The position numbers and the translations under genes were made by a program. Source: a virus (taxonomy: Duplodnaviria; Heunggongvirae; Uroviricota; Caudoviricetes). Taken from it: DNA of 64,000 nt. The notes beneath the pieces are model-generated. The model did no database searches. It had not been told where the DNA came from and was given only the letters and a program-made list of their open reading frames with translations. The stretch lies in the IMG/VR virus record IMGVR_UViG_3300032046_000009. One strand, given 5' to 3'. Positions 9,332 through 17,210 of the stretch are shown piece after piece (position 1 is the stretch's first letter; every line of letters starts with the position of its first letter).

Positions 9332-9347
9332 TTAATCAACTGATTAA
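9332..9347. promoter_or_regulatory. palindromic site TTAATCAACTGATTAA, upstream of the promoter box
   Basis: TTAATCA-NN-TGATTAA family. Confidence 0.6.
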
Positions 9348-9377
9348 AAATTCGCTAAAAACCACTTGTCGCCACGT

Positions 9378-9704
9378 TTATGTGGTAAGCCATTCGAAAA
9401 CTTTATCATTTATTTCTGCCATACCCTGACCTGTCCAAACGCAATGATGAATAGAAATATGAAGTTCTCTGGGAATATAGATAACACATTCAAAATCTAT
9501 ATGATGAGCAACAGAGCCAATAAATCTCCCATTAAAAGGGTCAAACCCTAATTCTCGCCGTTTTGCATTCTTCATTTTAGTTCGCTCTGGGTGTTTTTTT
9601 CCCCACATTTTTATTTGTTCTCGTTGTCTCTTTTTTTGTGATTCAGTTTTCTCTTTTATTTCAACGTCAAAATTTCCAATAGACTTTAATCGCATCTGAA
9701 TCAT
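9378..9704 (-). CDS. HNH-like nuclease-motif protein (108 aa), paralog of 8150..8533
   Basis: HHID...H...WTGQGMAEIN block; TATA at 9725-9740. Confidence 0.4.
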   Translation of the reverse strand: MIQMRLKSIGNFDVEIKEKTESQKKRQREQIKMWGKKHPERTKMKNAKRRELGFDPFNGRFIGSVAHHIDFECVIYIPRELHISIHHCVWTGQGMAEINDKVFEWLTT

Positions 9705-9745
9705 CTAAAGATAAAATAGTAGAAGTTGCTTATAAAGGTTATGGT

Positions 9746-9961
9746 TTATGTAAATTGAACCTGTTCTATGTCTTTCTTTTTGATGATTTTTTCGAAACAG
9801 TCAGGGCAGAGCCACGTTAAAGTTATGCCAATTTTTCCTCTTTCTTGTACTTTTCCTTTCAAACGATAAACTTTTAGGCTGTTTTTCCAACAATTAGTGC
9901 AACTATAATAGCTTATTGATGAAATACAAATATTATAATCGGTTTTTGTTAGTTGAATCAT
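9746..9961 (-). CDS. VxFT-tail family, Cys-rich; terminal member of array 1 (tail EQVQFT, TAA stop)
   Basis: track ORF; CxxC pairs; no downstream overlap and a TAA stop. Confidence 0.6.
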   Translation of the reverse strand: MIQLTKTDYNICISSISYYSCTNCWKNSLKVYRLKGKVQERGKIGITLTWLCPDCFEKIIKKKDIEQVQFT

Positions 9962-10200
9962 GTAAACTCTACCTTCTCTTTGCTGTTGAGAAAATCCTTA
10001 AACCACTTTTCCTTTTCCCATTCTTCAATGGGCGTATGAAAACCTAAAAGCGTCCCATGTTCTTTGTCAAACCTTTTTGAAAAATATCTCTTCCATTCTT
10101 CGTTACAACTTTCGCAGAGAACAGCCAATAATAGTTTAATTGGAAATTGACCGCTAACTATTCTTTTGCATTTTCTACAACGTCCTTTAAATTTTGTCAT
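9958..10200 (-). CDS. VxFT-tail family, Cys-rich (KEKVEFT)
   Basis: track ORF; ATGA junction at both ends. Confidence 0.6.
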   Translation of the reverse strand: MTKFKGRCRKCKRIVSGQFPIKLLLAVLCESCNEEWKRYFSKRFDKEHGTLLGFHTPIEEWEKEKWFKDFLNSKEKVEFT

Positions 10201-10426
10201 GTAAATTCAACCGTTTCCCGTTCACTCTTCCAATACTCACATGAACAACCTAAACGATAAGAATGTCTAGGACTACCTAACGGAGTTTTCACGTCCCTTA
10301 AAAATCCTGTAGCTTTCCCGTTCGGTTCAGTTAAGTTAGGTTGTGAGCGCATCTCTGTGCATTTATAATAAATCTTGTCGAGATTCCTCTTGTTCGAACA
10401 GTTAAAGCAACCTTTCTCTTTCAAGT
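10197..10426 (-). CDS. VxFT-tail family (RETVEFT); TTG start overlapping upstream ACTTGA (track start 10493 is an over-extension)
   Basis: CFNC...YKC...GCSC motifs; TTGA junction. Confidence 0.55.
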
Positions 10427-10660
10427 GAAATTGACCTTCTCTTTTGTTGTTACTTTGCGTTTTAATAGCCACTTTTTGAAAAAAGACTCCCAAGTATTAT
10501 CTCTTCTATCGTGAAAGAAGTCATGTCGTTCTTGTGATTTTTCCCACAAAATACCATGTGAGTCGCAAAGATAAAGTTTTTCCTCAGTCTGTATATCGTG
10601 ATAATTTGCATAACCTTTTTTACCGCAAATACAACACTTTTTACGGTTTGAATTTATCAT
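10421..10660 (-). CDS. VxFT-tail family, Cys-rich (KEKVNFT)
   Basis: track ORF. Confidence 0.6.
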   Translation of the reverse strand: MINSNRKKCCICGKKGYANYHDIQTEEKLYLCDSHGILWEKSQERHDFFHDRRDNTWESFFKKWLLKRKVTTKEKVNFT

Positions 10661-10836
10661 GTGAACTCGACCTGTTCTTTTTCGTTAGCCTTTTTATAAC
10701 AAACATTTAGGGTATTGCCTTTGAATCCTCTTTCTATTGAACATGGTTTGCAATAACACACGTTCGCGCTCAATTTATGCAAACTATCACATATATTATT
10801 GCAAGTGAATCTCTTTCCACAAACTTTACAAATCAT
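10657..10836 (-). CDS. VxFT-tail family (58 aa, EQVEFT), CxxCGKxFxC...CYCxxC subfamily
   Basis: hand-translated; below the 60-aa track cutoff; ATGA junctions. Confidence 0.45.
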   Translation of the reverse strand: MICKVCGKRFTCNNICDSLHKLSANVCYCKPCSIERGFKGNTLNVCYKKANEKEQVEFT

Positions 10837-11051
10837 GTGAACGTCACCGTTTCCCGTCCCTTTAGACGGTTAATAATCTCTCGCGCCTTCATTTTGTCTA
10901 AGAGTTCCATTATCTCTGGGTTATCGGAAAGTAACTTGTCTATGCGTTCGCCTTGCTCTCTGAGCCTGTCTAGCTCGTACATCATACAATTAAAGCATAA
11001 TTTCTCGTTAATTCGTTGTTTGAACTCGTTTCCACATTTAGAACAAATCAT
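10833..11051 (-). CDS. VxFT-tail family (RETVTFT); likely start ATG 11051
   Basis: track ORF 10833..11087, start revised to the ATGA junction. Confidence 0.55.
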   Translation of the reverse strand: MICSKCGNEFKQRINEKLCFNCMMYELDRLREQGERIDKLLSDNPEIMELLDKMKAREIINRLKGRETVTFT

Positions 11052-11194
11052 GTGAAACAGACCTTTTCTCTTCCTTTGTTGTTGCATTGCTTACACATTC
11101 TTGAACCTATCTTCTTTGCATCCGCATAGTTTTTAACGGGAATATTGAGAGGTCTGCCACATTTTGAACACGGTATAACGAGAACGCCCGTCAT
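11047..11194 (-). CDS. VxFT-tail family (48 aa, REKVCFT)
   Basis: hand-translated MTGVLVIPCSKCGRPLN... Confidence 0.45.
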
Positions 11195-11406
11195 GTGAAT
11201 AACACCTTCTCTTTTGGCTCTGGGGTTTTATATAGTTTGGTTCCTCGCGCTTTCATTTGAGAATTAAGTTCTTGACAACATTTATCAATTTCATCATAAT
11301 CAATACTGTTTTCGTGACATTTATCGTGCATCTTGCATTCCGTACACAAATCCTCATAATCGTACTCGATATAACCGTTATCGTCTATTGTTGTCATGTG
11401 AAACAT
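11191..11406 (-). CDS. VxFT-tail family (KEKVLFT), Cys/His-rich
   Basis: track ORF. Confidence 0.6.
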   Translation of the reverse strand: MFHMTTIDDNGYIEYDYEDLCTECKMHDKCHENSIDYDEIDKCCQELNSQMKARGTKLYKTPEPKEKVLFT

Positions 11407-11588
11407 ACCTTCTCCTTTTGTTGTAATTCGATTAAATCTGTATCAGATACAACATACCTTTCGGTTTTATATCTTATATCAATGGTTCTGTTTGACATAA
11501 TTCTTGTAATTTTAACAAATGAACCTTTGGGGCAATGCCTAAAGCCAGCGTATTTTAGCTTTGCCTTATCGCCAACTTGAAACGTCAC
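11394..11588 (-). CDS. VxFT-tail family (KEKVCFT), GTG start in a GTGA junction
   Basis: track ORF. Confidence 0.55.
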   Translation of the reverse strand: MTFQVGDKAKLKYAGFRHCPKGSFVKITRIMSNRTIDIRYKTERYVVSDTDLIELQQKEKVCFT

Positions 11589-11704
11589 GAGAAAATCACC
11601 CGTTCTTTTCTTCTGTCTAGCCAGCGATTAAACTCTGCCGTATGAATGAAACATCTAAGTTTTCCTGTATCTTTGTCGAACACTATTATAGCACAGTCAG
11701 TCAT
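11585..11704 (-). CDS. VxFT-tail family variant (38 aa, tail ERVIFS with S=TCG)
   Basis: hand-translated; TCGTGA junction giving a GTG start downstream. Confidence 0.4.
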   Translation of the reverse strand: MTDCAIIVFDKDTGKLRCFIHTAEFNRWLDRRKERVIFS

Positions 11705-11994
11705 GTAAACGTCACCTTTTCCCTTTTGTCGTATTCTGTTTTTAAACTGTCCTTTAAAAGCCATCCATTCGGATTTTCTCTCATAAATTGTTCAGCATGA
11801 CTTTTTGCCTCTTCATAAGTGTTAAAGATTCCCTCAGTATCGTATTTTCCTGTTTTATCATCTCTGAGCCAAATCTCTGTGCACTCACATTCATTGGGAG
11901 TATGAGTTTCACAATCTTCATAAACGTCTAAACTAAGAAATTCGGTTCCTATTCTCCACGAATTAGTTCCATCCCAGACCCATTTACCCGTCAT
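11701..11994 (-). CDS. VxFT-tail family (REKVTFT); start ATG 11994
   Basis: track ORF 11701..12042 trimmed to the ATGA junction. Confidence 0.55.
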   Translation of the reverse strand: MTGKWVWDGTNSWRIGTEFLSLDVYEDCETHTPNECECTEIWLRDDKTGKYDTEGIFNTYEEAKSHAEQFMRENPNGWLLKDSLKTEYDKREKVTFT

Positions 11995-12188
11995 GTAAAG
12001 TTCACCTTTTCCTTTGCGTCTGGGTATCTTTGCGCTTTGCATTCTTTATGTTTATAGTTAAGAAAAGGCAATAAGCATAGAGGTTTATAGGGGTTCTTTC
12101 TGTGAACCTTATGAGGACATTCTGCCTCATCAATGCAAATAGGGACATCGTGATTTTTCAGAAGAGCCTTTAAGTTTAAATCCGTCAC
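11991..12188 (-). CDS. VxFT-tail family (KEKVNFT), first gene after a approx 150-nt leader
   Basis: track ORF; leader 12190-12345 contains the palindrome near the TSS. Confidence 0.55.
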   Translation of the reverse strand: MTDLNLKALLKNHDVPICIDEAECPHKVHRKNPYKPLCLLPFLNYKHKECKAQRYPDAKEKVNFT

Positions 12189-12352
12189 GCTTTCAACCCC
12201 TCTCTAAACTTGCCATGTGCGAACGGTTGACCGTGATGTGAGCCTGTCGGCAGACTTGAATAGAAACGTCTAAGTTTTCGGACGTTCAACGGCAGACCCC
12301 CGTGACTTTGCGTTTTGCGAGTTTGCGCTTTATCCTATGAAGTTTTCCCGTA

Positions 12353-12368
12353 TTAATCACCTGATTAA
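12353..12368. promoter_or_regulatory. palindromic site TTAATCACCTGATTAA at the predicted TSS of the 11991..12188 transcript
   Basis: lies about 25 nt downstream of the TATA of promoter box 12372-12415. Confidence 0.55.
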
Positions 12369-12386
12369 CTAGAACAACACCGTGAC

Positions 12387-12635
12387 TTATAAAGGTTGTT
12401 CCAGAAAGACCATTCTCGAAATACTGTTCCGTATCTTACAACTTTCGAGTTTAAGCCCATATTCAGCCTCTAATTGCTTCGCCCTCTTCGCCAGCCCGTC
12501 CTTATAGGATTTAACGCCCAGAATGAGCAGACAATCTTTCATCCATCCCTCATAAACGATTAGTTTGTCCCCCTCAATTCGAACTCCAAATCCAATATGC
12601 CCAAGTTTTCGAGCTACGTTCTTCAAATCAGTCAT
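12387..12635 (-). CDS. hypothetical protein (82 aa), no VxFT tail; 3 prime end overlaps the next promoter box
   Basis: track ORF. Confidence 0.5.
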   Translation of the reverse strand: MTDLKNVARKLGHIGFGVRIEGDKLIVYEGWMKDCLLILGVKSYKDGLAKRAKQLEAEYGLKLESCKIRNSISRMVFLEQPL

Positions 12636-12853
12636 GTAAATTCAACCCTCTCAGGAACCATGAATTTCACCTTTCGAATTATGTCACCGTGAACGAAATA
12701 CTTTGACCATTTTCGTTTTACCACACACACGGTAAAAACAAGTGGGGTTTTTTTTGTAATTGATTCAACTTCTAGTATCGTGCCTACGGGAACGTAAGGA
12801 TTATTTGATTTAAGCAACCGTACAAAATCGCCAGCTTTTATTATTTGATTCAT
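12632..12853 (-). CDS. VxFT-tail family, non-Cys member (PERVEFT)
   Basis: track ORF. Confidence 0.55.
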   Translation of the reverse strand: MNQIIKAGDFVRLLKSNNPYVPVGTILEVESITKKTPLVFTVCVVKRKWSKYFVHGDIIRKVKFMVPERVEFT

Positions 12854-13005
12854 GTAAATGCAACCTTTTCCTTCGTCCGTTTGACCTCTACGACTGTGAG
12901 AATGCCCCCTTCGTCCATTCCGTTTGATAACAGACAGTCTTTCATGTCGAGCAATGTCGGGGGGTCGTCCCCTTCGTATGTAACTAAGAATTTCTTTTTA
13001 GACAT
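12850..13005 (-). CDS. VxFT-tail family (51 aa, KEKVAFT), first member of array 1
   Basis: hand-translated MSKKKFLVTYEGDDPP...; ATGA junction. Confidence 0.45.
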   Translation of the reverse strand: MSKKKFLVTYEGDDPPTLLDMKDCLLSNGMDEGGILTVVEVKRTKEKVAFT

Positions 13006-13282
13006 TATTTCACGCTCTTGTTCTCTAGTTTGTAAAGGTCTGAATTAAGAAACGCTTCGGAAAATTCACAACCGTTCAGCCAATTTTCTACTAATCCCCG
13101 TCTAACTTCGTTGCGTGTCAAAATTCGGTTATCCGTCCACGAAGGTTGTTTTGTCAAAGTTTTCACGTCCGTTCCTTAAAGATTTTTTTCGCTAACGGGT
13201 GTTCTGAAAACTTTTTGCCACCCTCAGTTTCACTAAAGATTTTACGAAATATTTCGTAGCCCGTTAGTTCTTTACTCATTTT

Positions 13283-13561
13283 TTAATCTTCCTTAATGTG
13301 TGGATTTAATGCAATTCCGTAGGCAACTAAGACTTCTTTAATTTTGCCTATGTCTTTTGTCGAAACATAAAAAGTGGACTCGGTACTAACCTCATATTCA
13401 AATTGAGAAAGAAGGTTGCATATAAGGTCAATATCTTCCTGTTCTTCTATGTCGAAACCGTCTTTTCTAATGAGCAACAGAGAACATGGTACTTTAAGGT
13501 TTGAGAACAGTTTAGCGTCCTCTTCTATTTCTTTGGTTGAAATTATATTGAATTGAAACAT
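13283..13561 (-). CDS. hypothetical acidic protein (92 aa)
   Basis: track ORF. Confidence 0.45.
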   Translation of the reverse strand: MFQFNIISTKEIEEDAKLFSNLKVPCSLLLIRKDGFDIEEQEDIDLICNLLSQFEYEVSTESTFYVSTKDIGKIKEVLVAYGIALNPHIKED

Positions 13562-13593
13562 TTTCTTTCACGCTCGAATTTTTGTCTAAGTTT

Positions 13594-14292
13594 TCAGTCC
13601 TCTTCTTTCTTGTTCTTCTTTGCCTTTTCTGCCTTTTGGTCACAGAGAAAACTTTCGCATTGCCCGTTCAATTCGTCCAGCATATTCACGGTGTCTAACA
13701 TTTCGTTATATCGCTCGTGTCCCTTCATGCTTTCGATGTGTGAATTGCAAATCTCAACTGCTTTTCGACATCTCCAAAGTGTGCTCTGAGCCATGCGTTT
13801 GTCTTTTAACCCGTCCTCTGCCATCTTGACGTGTTCCATTATGAAGTTAAGAATGAACTCTGCTTTCTTGTCTTTGTAGTTTTCGAATCCTTCTGGGGTC
13901 GTGAAAATCGGAATGATTTTTATGCGTCTGTCGATGTCCTCAAATCCTTTGCTCTTTGCCTTTGCCTTTATCTCTTCAATTTCTGCAACAGCTAAGTCCA
14001 GCTTATCGCCGTCCAGAAGCCAACTGCTTTCGAGATGTTTCACAGCGTCCAGCTTGAATTTCAGAGCGAACACAATTGCGTTTCTGAAAATTCGCGCAAG
14101 TTTGTTGAATCGCGTGTTTGCGTCCCGTTGTTCTTTTGTCAACTTTTTCTTTTCCGCGTCCGTCAGATATTTCTCGCTGTAAAGGTCATACTCTATTGTA
14201 TAAATCGTTTCGCCGTGTAGTCCTAACGATTCAAGAGCCTTTTCGTCTATGATGAGTTTGTTTGTCGTTTTTTGGTCAGCCATTTTAATCAC
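13594..14292 (-). CDS. hypothetical protein (232 aa), coiled-coil-like, Lys/Glu-rich
   Basis: track ORF; palindromic site immediately upstream (14285-14300). Confidence 0.55.
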   Translation of the reverse strand: MIKMADQKTTNKLIIDEKALESLGLHGETIYTIEYDLYSEKYLTDAEKKKLTKEQRDANTRFNKLARIFRNAIVFALKFKLDAVKHLESSWLLDGDKLDLAVAEIEEIKAKAKSKGFEDIDRRIKIIPIFTTPEGFENYKDKKAEFILNFIMEHVKMAEDGLKDKRMAQSTLWRCRKAVEICNSHIESMKGHERYNEMLDTVNMLDELNGQCESFLCDQKAEKAKKNKKEED

Positions 14293-14300
14293 TTGATTAA
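14285..14300. promoter_or_regulatory. palindromic site TTAATCACTTGATTAA
   Basis: TTAATCA-NN-TGATTAA family. Confidence 0.6.
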
Positions 14301-14352
14301 CTATAAATACAGCGTCCTATATAAACGTTTGCTAGGAATCTCCATTCTCATT

Positions 14353-14715
14353 TTACTTAATCAGGTGATTAAACGATTTATGACTAATAATTCTGTGACA
14401 ATTCGCGCAGACTAATCGAACGTCCTCTGGAATTTTCTCTGCCCTTCTCCAACGAACCAATTCTTTTACTCTTCGATTCGCATTTTTTTGTTGTTCATTG
14501 CAACGAAGCCATGTATCGTTTCCTTCATGGTGAAAATCATAAACACAAGAATCAAAATGTTTATCGCAATGAAAACACTTATCGCCTAACTTTTGAATCG
14601 CCCAGAGTTTTAATTCTTCTAGCCATTTTTGGTGATATATCTTTTGGCATTCAGGACATCTTTGAGATTTTGTATTTGTTTCTTTTTCACAGTCTTGACA
14701 TTTCATTTGAAACAC
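14353..14715 (-). CDS. HNH endonuclease family protein (120 aa)
   Basis: CxxC...DFHHEGND...N...CANCHRII motif arrangement typical of HNH nucleases. Confidence 0.55.
   Translation of the reverse strand: MFQMKCQDCEKETNTKSQRCPECQKIYHQKWLEELKLWAIQKLGDKCFHCDKHFDSCVYDFHHEGNDTWLRCNEQQKNANRRVKELVRWRRAEKIPEDVRLVCANCHRIISHKSFNHLIK
14357..14372. promoter_or_regulatory. palindromic site TTAATCAGGTGATTAA
   Basis: TTAATCA-NN-TGATTAA family. Confidence 0.6.
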
Positions 14716-14772
14716 TAATTAATAGATGGTTAATTAAGTATTTAAGTCTTATGGTTGATTAATTAGGTGAAT
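14716..14772. promoter_or_regulatory. cluster of degenerate TTAAT/ATTAA palindromic sites (TTAATTAATAGATGGTTAATTAAG ... GTTGATTAATTAGG)
   Basis: read directly. Confidence 0.4.
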
Positions 14773-15050
14773 TGAACACATTCTCTCTCAGGAGCTAAGA
14801 GGTTCCATCTGCCCTTATCATAAATGAATTGTTTTCCTTTGAAAAATAAAAAGTCAAAAGGCAAATCATTTTTACGACAAACTTCGCAAAAATAATGCAA
14901 AAAGTGAGTTTCCCTTATTTTTTGTCTATCGTGTTGTGAAAAACTATCTGTGAAAAAAAGTGTTCCACTTTGTTCTTCCAGAATAGAACCACAAGACGGA
15001 CATTTTCGAGTCAAGCGAATTGAACCGCAAGACGGACAATTTTGAATCAA
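14763..15050 (-). CDS. VxFT-tail family (ECVQFT), four CxxC pairs
   Basis: track ORF. Confidence 0.6.
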   Translation of the reverse strand: MIQNCPSCGSIRLTRKCPSCGSILEEQSGTLFFTDSFSQHDRQKIRETHFLHYFCEVCRKNDLPFDFLFFKGKQFIYDKGRWNLLAPERECVQFT

Positions 15051-15292
15051 GTAAATTGCACCTGTTCTCTAGCTTCGGATTCTGCTAGATAAGTTGTGCA
15101 ACAACAACCATAACGATAATCTTCCGCACCGTCCTTCAAAATCTCCATAAAATTAATTCCATTTCTTCTTTGTCCCTCAATAAGATGACATTTTTTGAAT
15201 CGAGCGCAATTAAAACAACCACGCTCTATCGTTAATTCTTCGTCTTGCCCGATATATGTCATTTTTTCACCAATGGAAAATTTCCCGTTCAA
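15047..15292 (-). CDS. VxFT-tail family (REQVQFT), CFNC...GCCC subfamily; probable start ATG about 15260
   Basis: track ORF; paralog of 38390..38578. Confidence 0.55.
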   Translation of the reverse strand: MNGKFSIGEKMTYIGQDEELTIERGCFNCARFKKCHLIEGQRRNGINFMEILKDGAEDYRYGCCCTTYLAESEAREQVQFT

Positions 15293-15419
15293 CTTTCTTT
15301 TTCGGTTTCGATTTTCGTTTGTGAGTTTGAGCGTATTTTTTCTGATAGTCTTTTCTTCTCTCGATTAGAAATTCTTGCATTTCTCTTCGCGCTAACGCCT
15401 CTTCAATATAATCAGTCAT
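15267..15419 (-). CDS. small basic protein (about 50 aa, MTDYIEEALARREMQEF...)
   Basis: hand-translated. Confidence 0.3.
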   Translation of the reverse strand: MTDYIEEALARREMQEFLIERRKDYQKKYAQTHKRKSKPKKKVEREIFHW

Positions 15420-15452
15420 TTTGGTTTTCCTCAAAAAAGTGGAATTTTGGGT

Positions 15453-15779
15453 TTACCATTTATCGTGTAGCCATAGCCAAATTGCACGTTGTTCAATTGG
15501 TAACTCTTCGAATTCTTTACAGTAGAAATGACGTATGAATTCGAGAAGTTTTCCATCTGCAATTTTGTGGCATTTTTTGTGAATATAGTGAATCCGTCCG
15601 TGTGCTTCGCAATGTGCAGTTTTGTGTTTCGGGTCTAGGCAAATTTCACAGATACCTTTCGGGGGGTTTTTGGGGTCAAACGGTTTCTGCAAAGTTTTTC
15701 GTGTCGGTTGTGGTGTTGGGGGTTCTTCGCCAGCAGGGTTCGCTACTATAATTTTTCTATTGCAAAAGAATCTATTCAT
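15453..15779 (-). CDS. Cys/His-rich small protein (108 aa) co-transcribed downstream of the MoxR ATPase
   Basis: track ORF; overlaps the AAA gene by 1 nt. Confidence 0.55.
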   Translation of the reverse strand: MNRFFCNRKIIVANPAGEEPPTPQPTRKTLQKPFDPKNPPKGICEICLDPKHKTAHCEAHGRIHYIHKKCHKIADGKLLEFIRHFYCKEFEELPIEQRAIWLWLHDKW

Positions 15780-16667
15780 TTAGGTATCCTCTTCTTTCTT
15801 TTTCAACTTTTCTACGTCTATCTCAGAGCTATCTTCGAAGAACGACCTAAATAAATTGCGCTCTTCTCTTGCGGTGTAAAGCGAACTTGCTATATCGATT
15901 ATGTCCTCTTCGGACATCTTCGCTTTGTAGAGTTTGCCGTAGTTTATTAGGTTGCCTGTCGTGAGGGGCGTTCTAAGTTTTCCGTTCTCGTATTCGGTTC
16001 GCGTCTTTTTGGCAATTTCTACGAACTTCGCAGAAAAGTCATAGTTTCCAGAGAACTTCTTTACCAATTCGCGTTCTTTCTGGGGGCTAAGGTATTCGAT
16101 TATCAGACCTTCAAATCGTCTAATGGTTGCAATGTTCTCGATGAATGTCCCAGAGTAACCCGATTTTTCTGAGGGGTTATAGCTGATAACGAGATAGTGC
16201 TGTGCTGTCCGTGTGAATTGCTTCTTGTATTCTGGAATATACACGTTTCCCCTAAAGTCTGCCAATGATTCCAGAAGTGAAATTATCGATGGTTCTGCAT
16301 AGTTGAACCCGTCTATGTAAAGCAGACCTTTCTCGCTGTTCAACCATTGAATTATGATTCCATCTCTTGTTTCTGTGCTTCCAGCTTTCAGAGTATCACA
16401 TGCCAGCAAATCCCACTTTGTCACGTCCCGTGTTAAGACAATTTCAAAAAGCGGAACCTCTAACAATTCAGCCAACTTGTGAACAAGAGTTGTTTTGCCC
16501 GTCCCCGTTTCGCCGACTAATCTAAGGTTGCCGACAATTTCAAGAATCGCTCTTGACTTTTCAATGTAGCCATGTTCGTCCACGAACTCGATGCCTTTGA
16601 CGTAGATGCCAGCACCTTCAAGTGCTGATTCGACCTTTGCATGAATCTTTTCAAATTCTGAGTTCAT
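15780..16667 (-). CDS. MoxR-family AAA+ ATPase
   Basis: Walker A GETGTGKT; MoxR-like block LYIDGFNYAEPSIISLLESL; 295 aa. Confidence 0.7.
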   Translation of the reverse strand: MNSEFEKIHAKVESALEGAGIYVKGIEFVDEHGYIEKSRAILEIVGNLRLVGETGTGKTTLVHKLAELLEVPLFEIVLTRDVTKWDLLACDTLKAGSTETRDGIIIQWLNSEKGLLYIDGFNYAEPSIISLLESLADFRGNVYIPEYKKQFTRTAQHYLVISYNPSEKSGYSGTFIENIATIRRFEGLIIEYLSPQKERELVKKFSGNYDFSAKFVEIAKKTRTEYENGKLRTPLTTGNLINYGKLYKAKMSEEDIIDIASSLYTAREERNLFRSFFEDSSEIDVEKLKKKEEDT

Positions 16668-16698
16668 CTTTATTACCTTACGAGTATAGATGCCAGCG

Positions 16699-16756
16699 TC
16701 CTATTTAAATGTTTGCTTAGAAAGACCATGTTCATTTTAGTTAATCAACTGATTAA
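16699..16756 (-). promoter_or_regulatory. promoter box (TATTTAAAT TATA, GACCATGTTCA upstream element) plus upstream palindromic site TTAATCAACTGATTAA (16741-16756)
   Basis: near-identical architecture repeated at 18963-19023 for the VWA gene. Confidence 0.6.
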
Positions 16757-16805
16757 AATTTCTCAAAACCCCTCTCCCGCCCGAACCAAAGGTTGCACCA
16801 AAAGT

Positions 16806-17033
16806 TTAAGTAAATTGCACTTCTTCTCTGCCCGATTCTTGGCAATGAAATTGAACAACGTTAAAAGATTCATAAGTAGAGTCTGCCCCAGACAACTTTG
16901 AAAACTCTTCCGAAACTTTTTTTACACACTCAAGACAATAACAGTCATTCGGATTTTTAAGTCTATCACTTTTGCATTTTCCGTTGCAGAAAAAATTGTT
17001 CTTACAATGTGTGCAATGTCTTTTATATTTCAC
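16806..17033 (-). CDS. VxFT-tail family (EEVQFT, TAA stop), CxxCxxxFxC subfamily; singleton inside the MoxR/VWA operon
   Basis: track ORF. Confidence 0.6.
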   Translation of the reverse strand: MKYKRHCTHCKNNFFCNGKCKSDRLKNPNDCYCLECVKKVSEEFSKLSGADSTYESFNVVQFHCQESGREEVQFT

Positions 17034-17210
17034 AAGTTATCACATTCGAGTTTTGTTAAGTTTACTTCGTTTCAATTCGCAATAAAGCATAGTCCACAAG
17101 AATTTTTTGGTTAGCTTTATCTTGTGTTTATTGTATTCGAAGAGGTCTTTAGAAATTTCGTCTGCCAATTTTCTACATTCTTTATCGTCAATTATGCAAA
17201 CCATTTTTAC

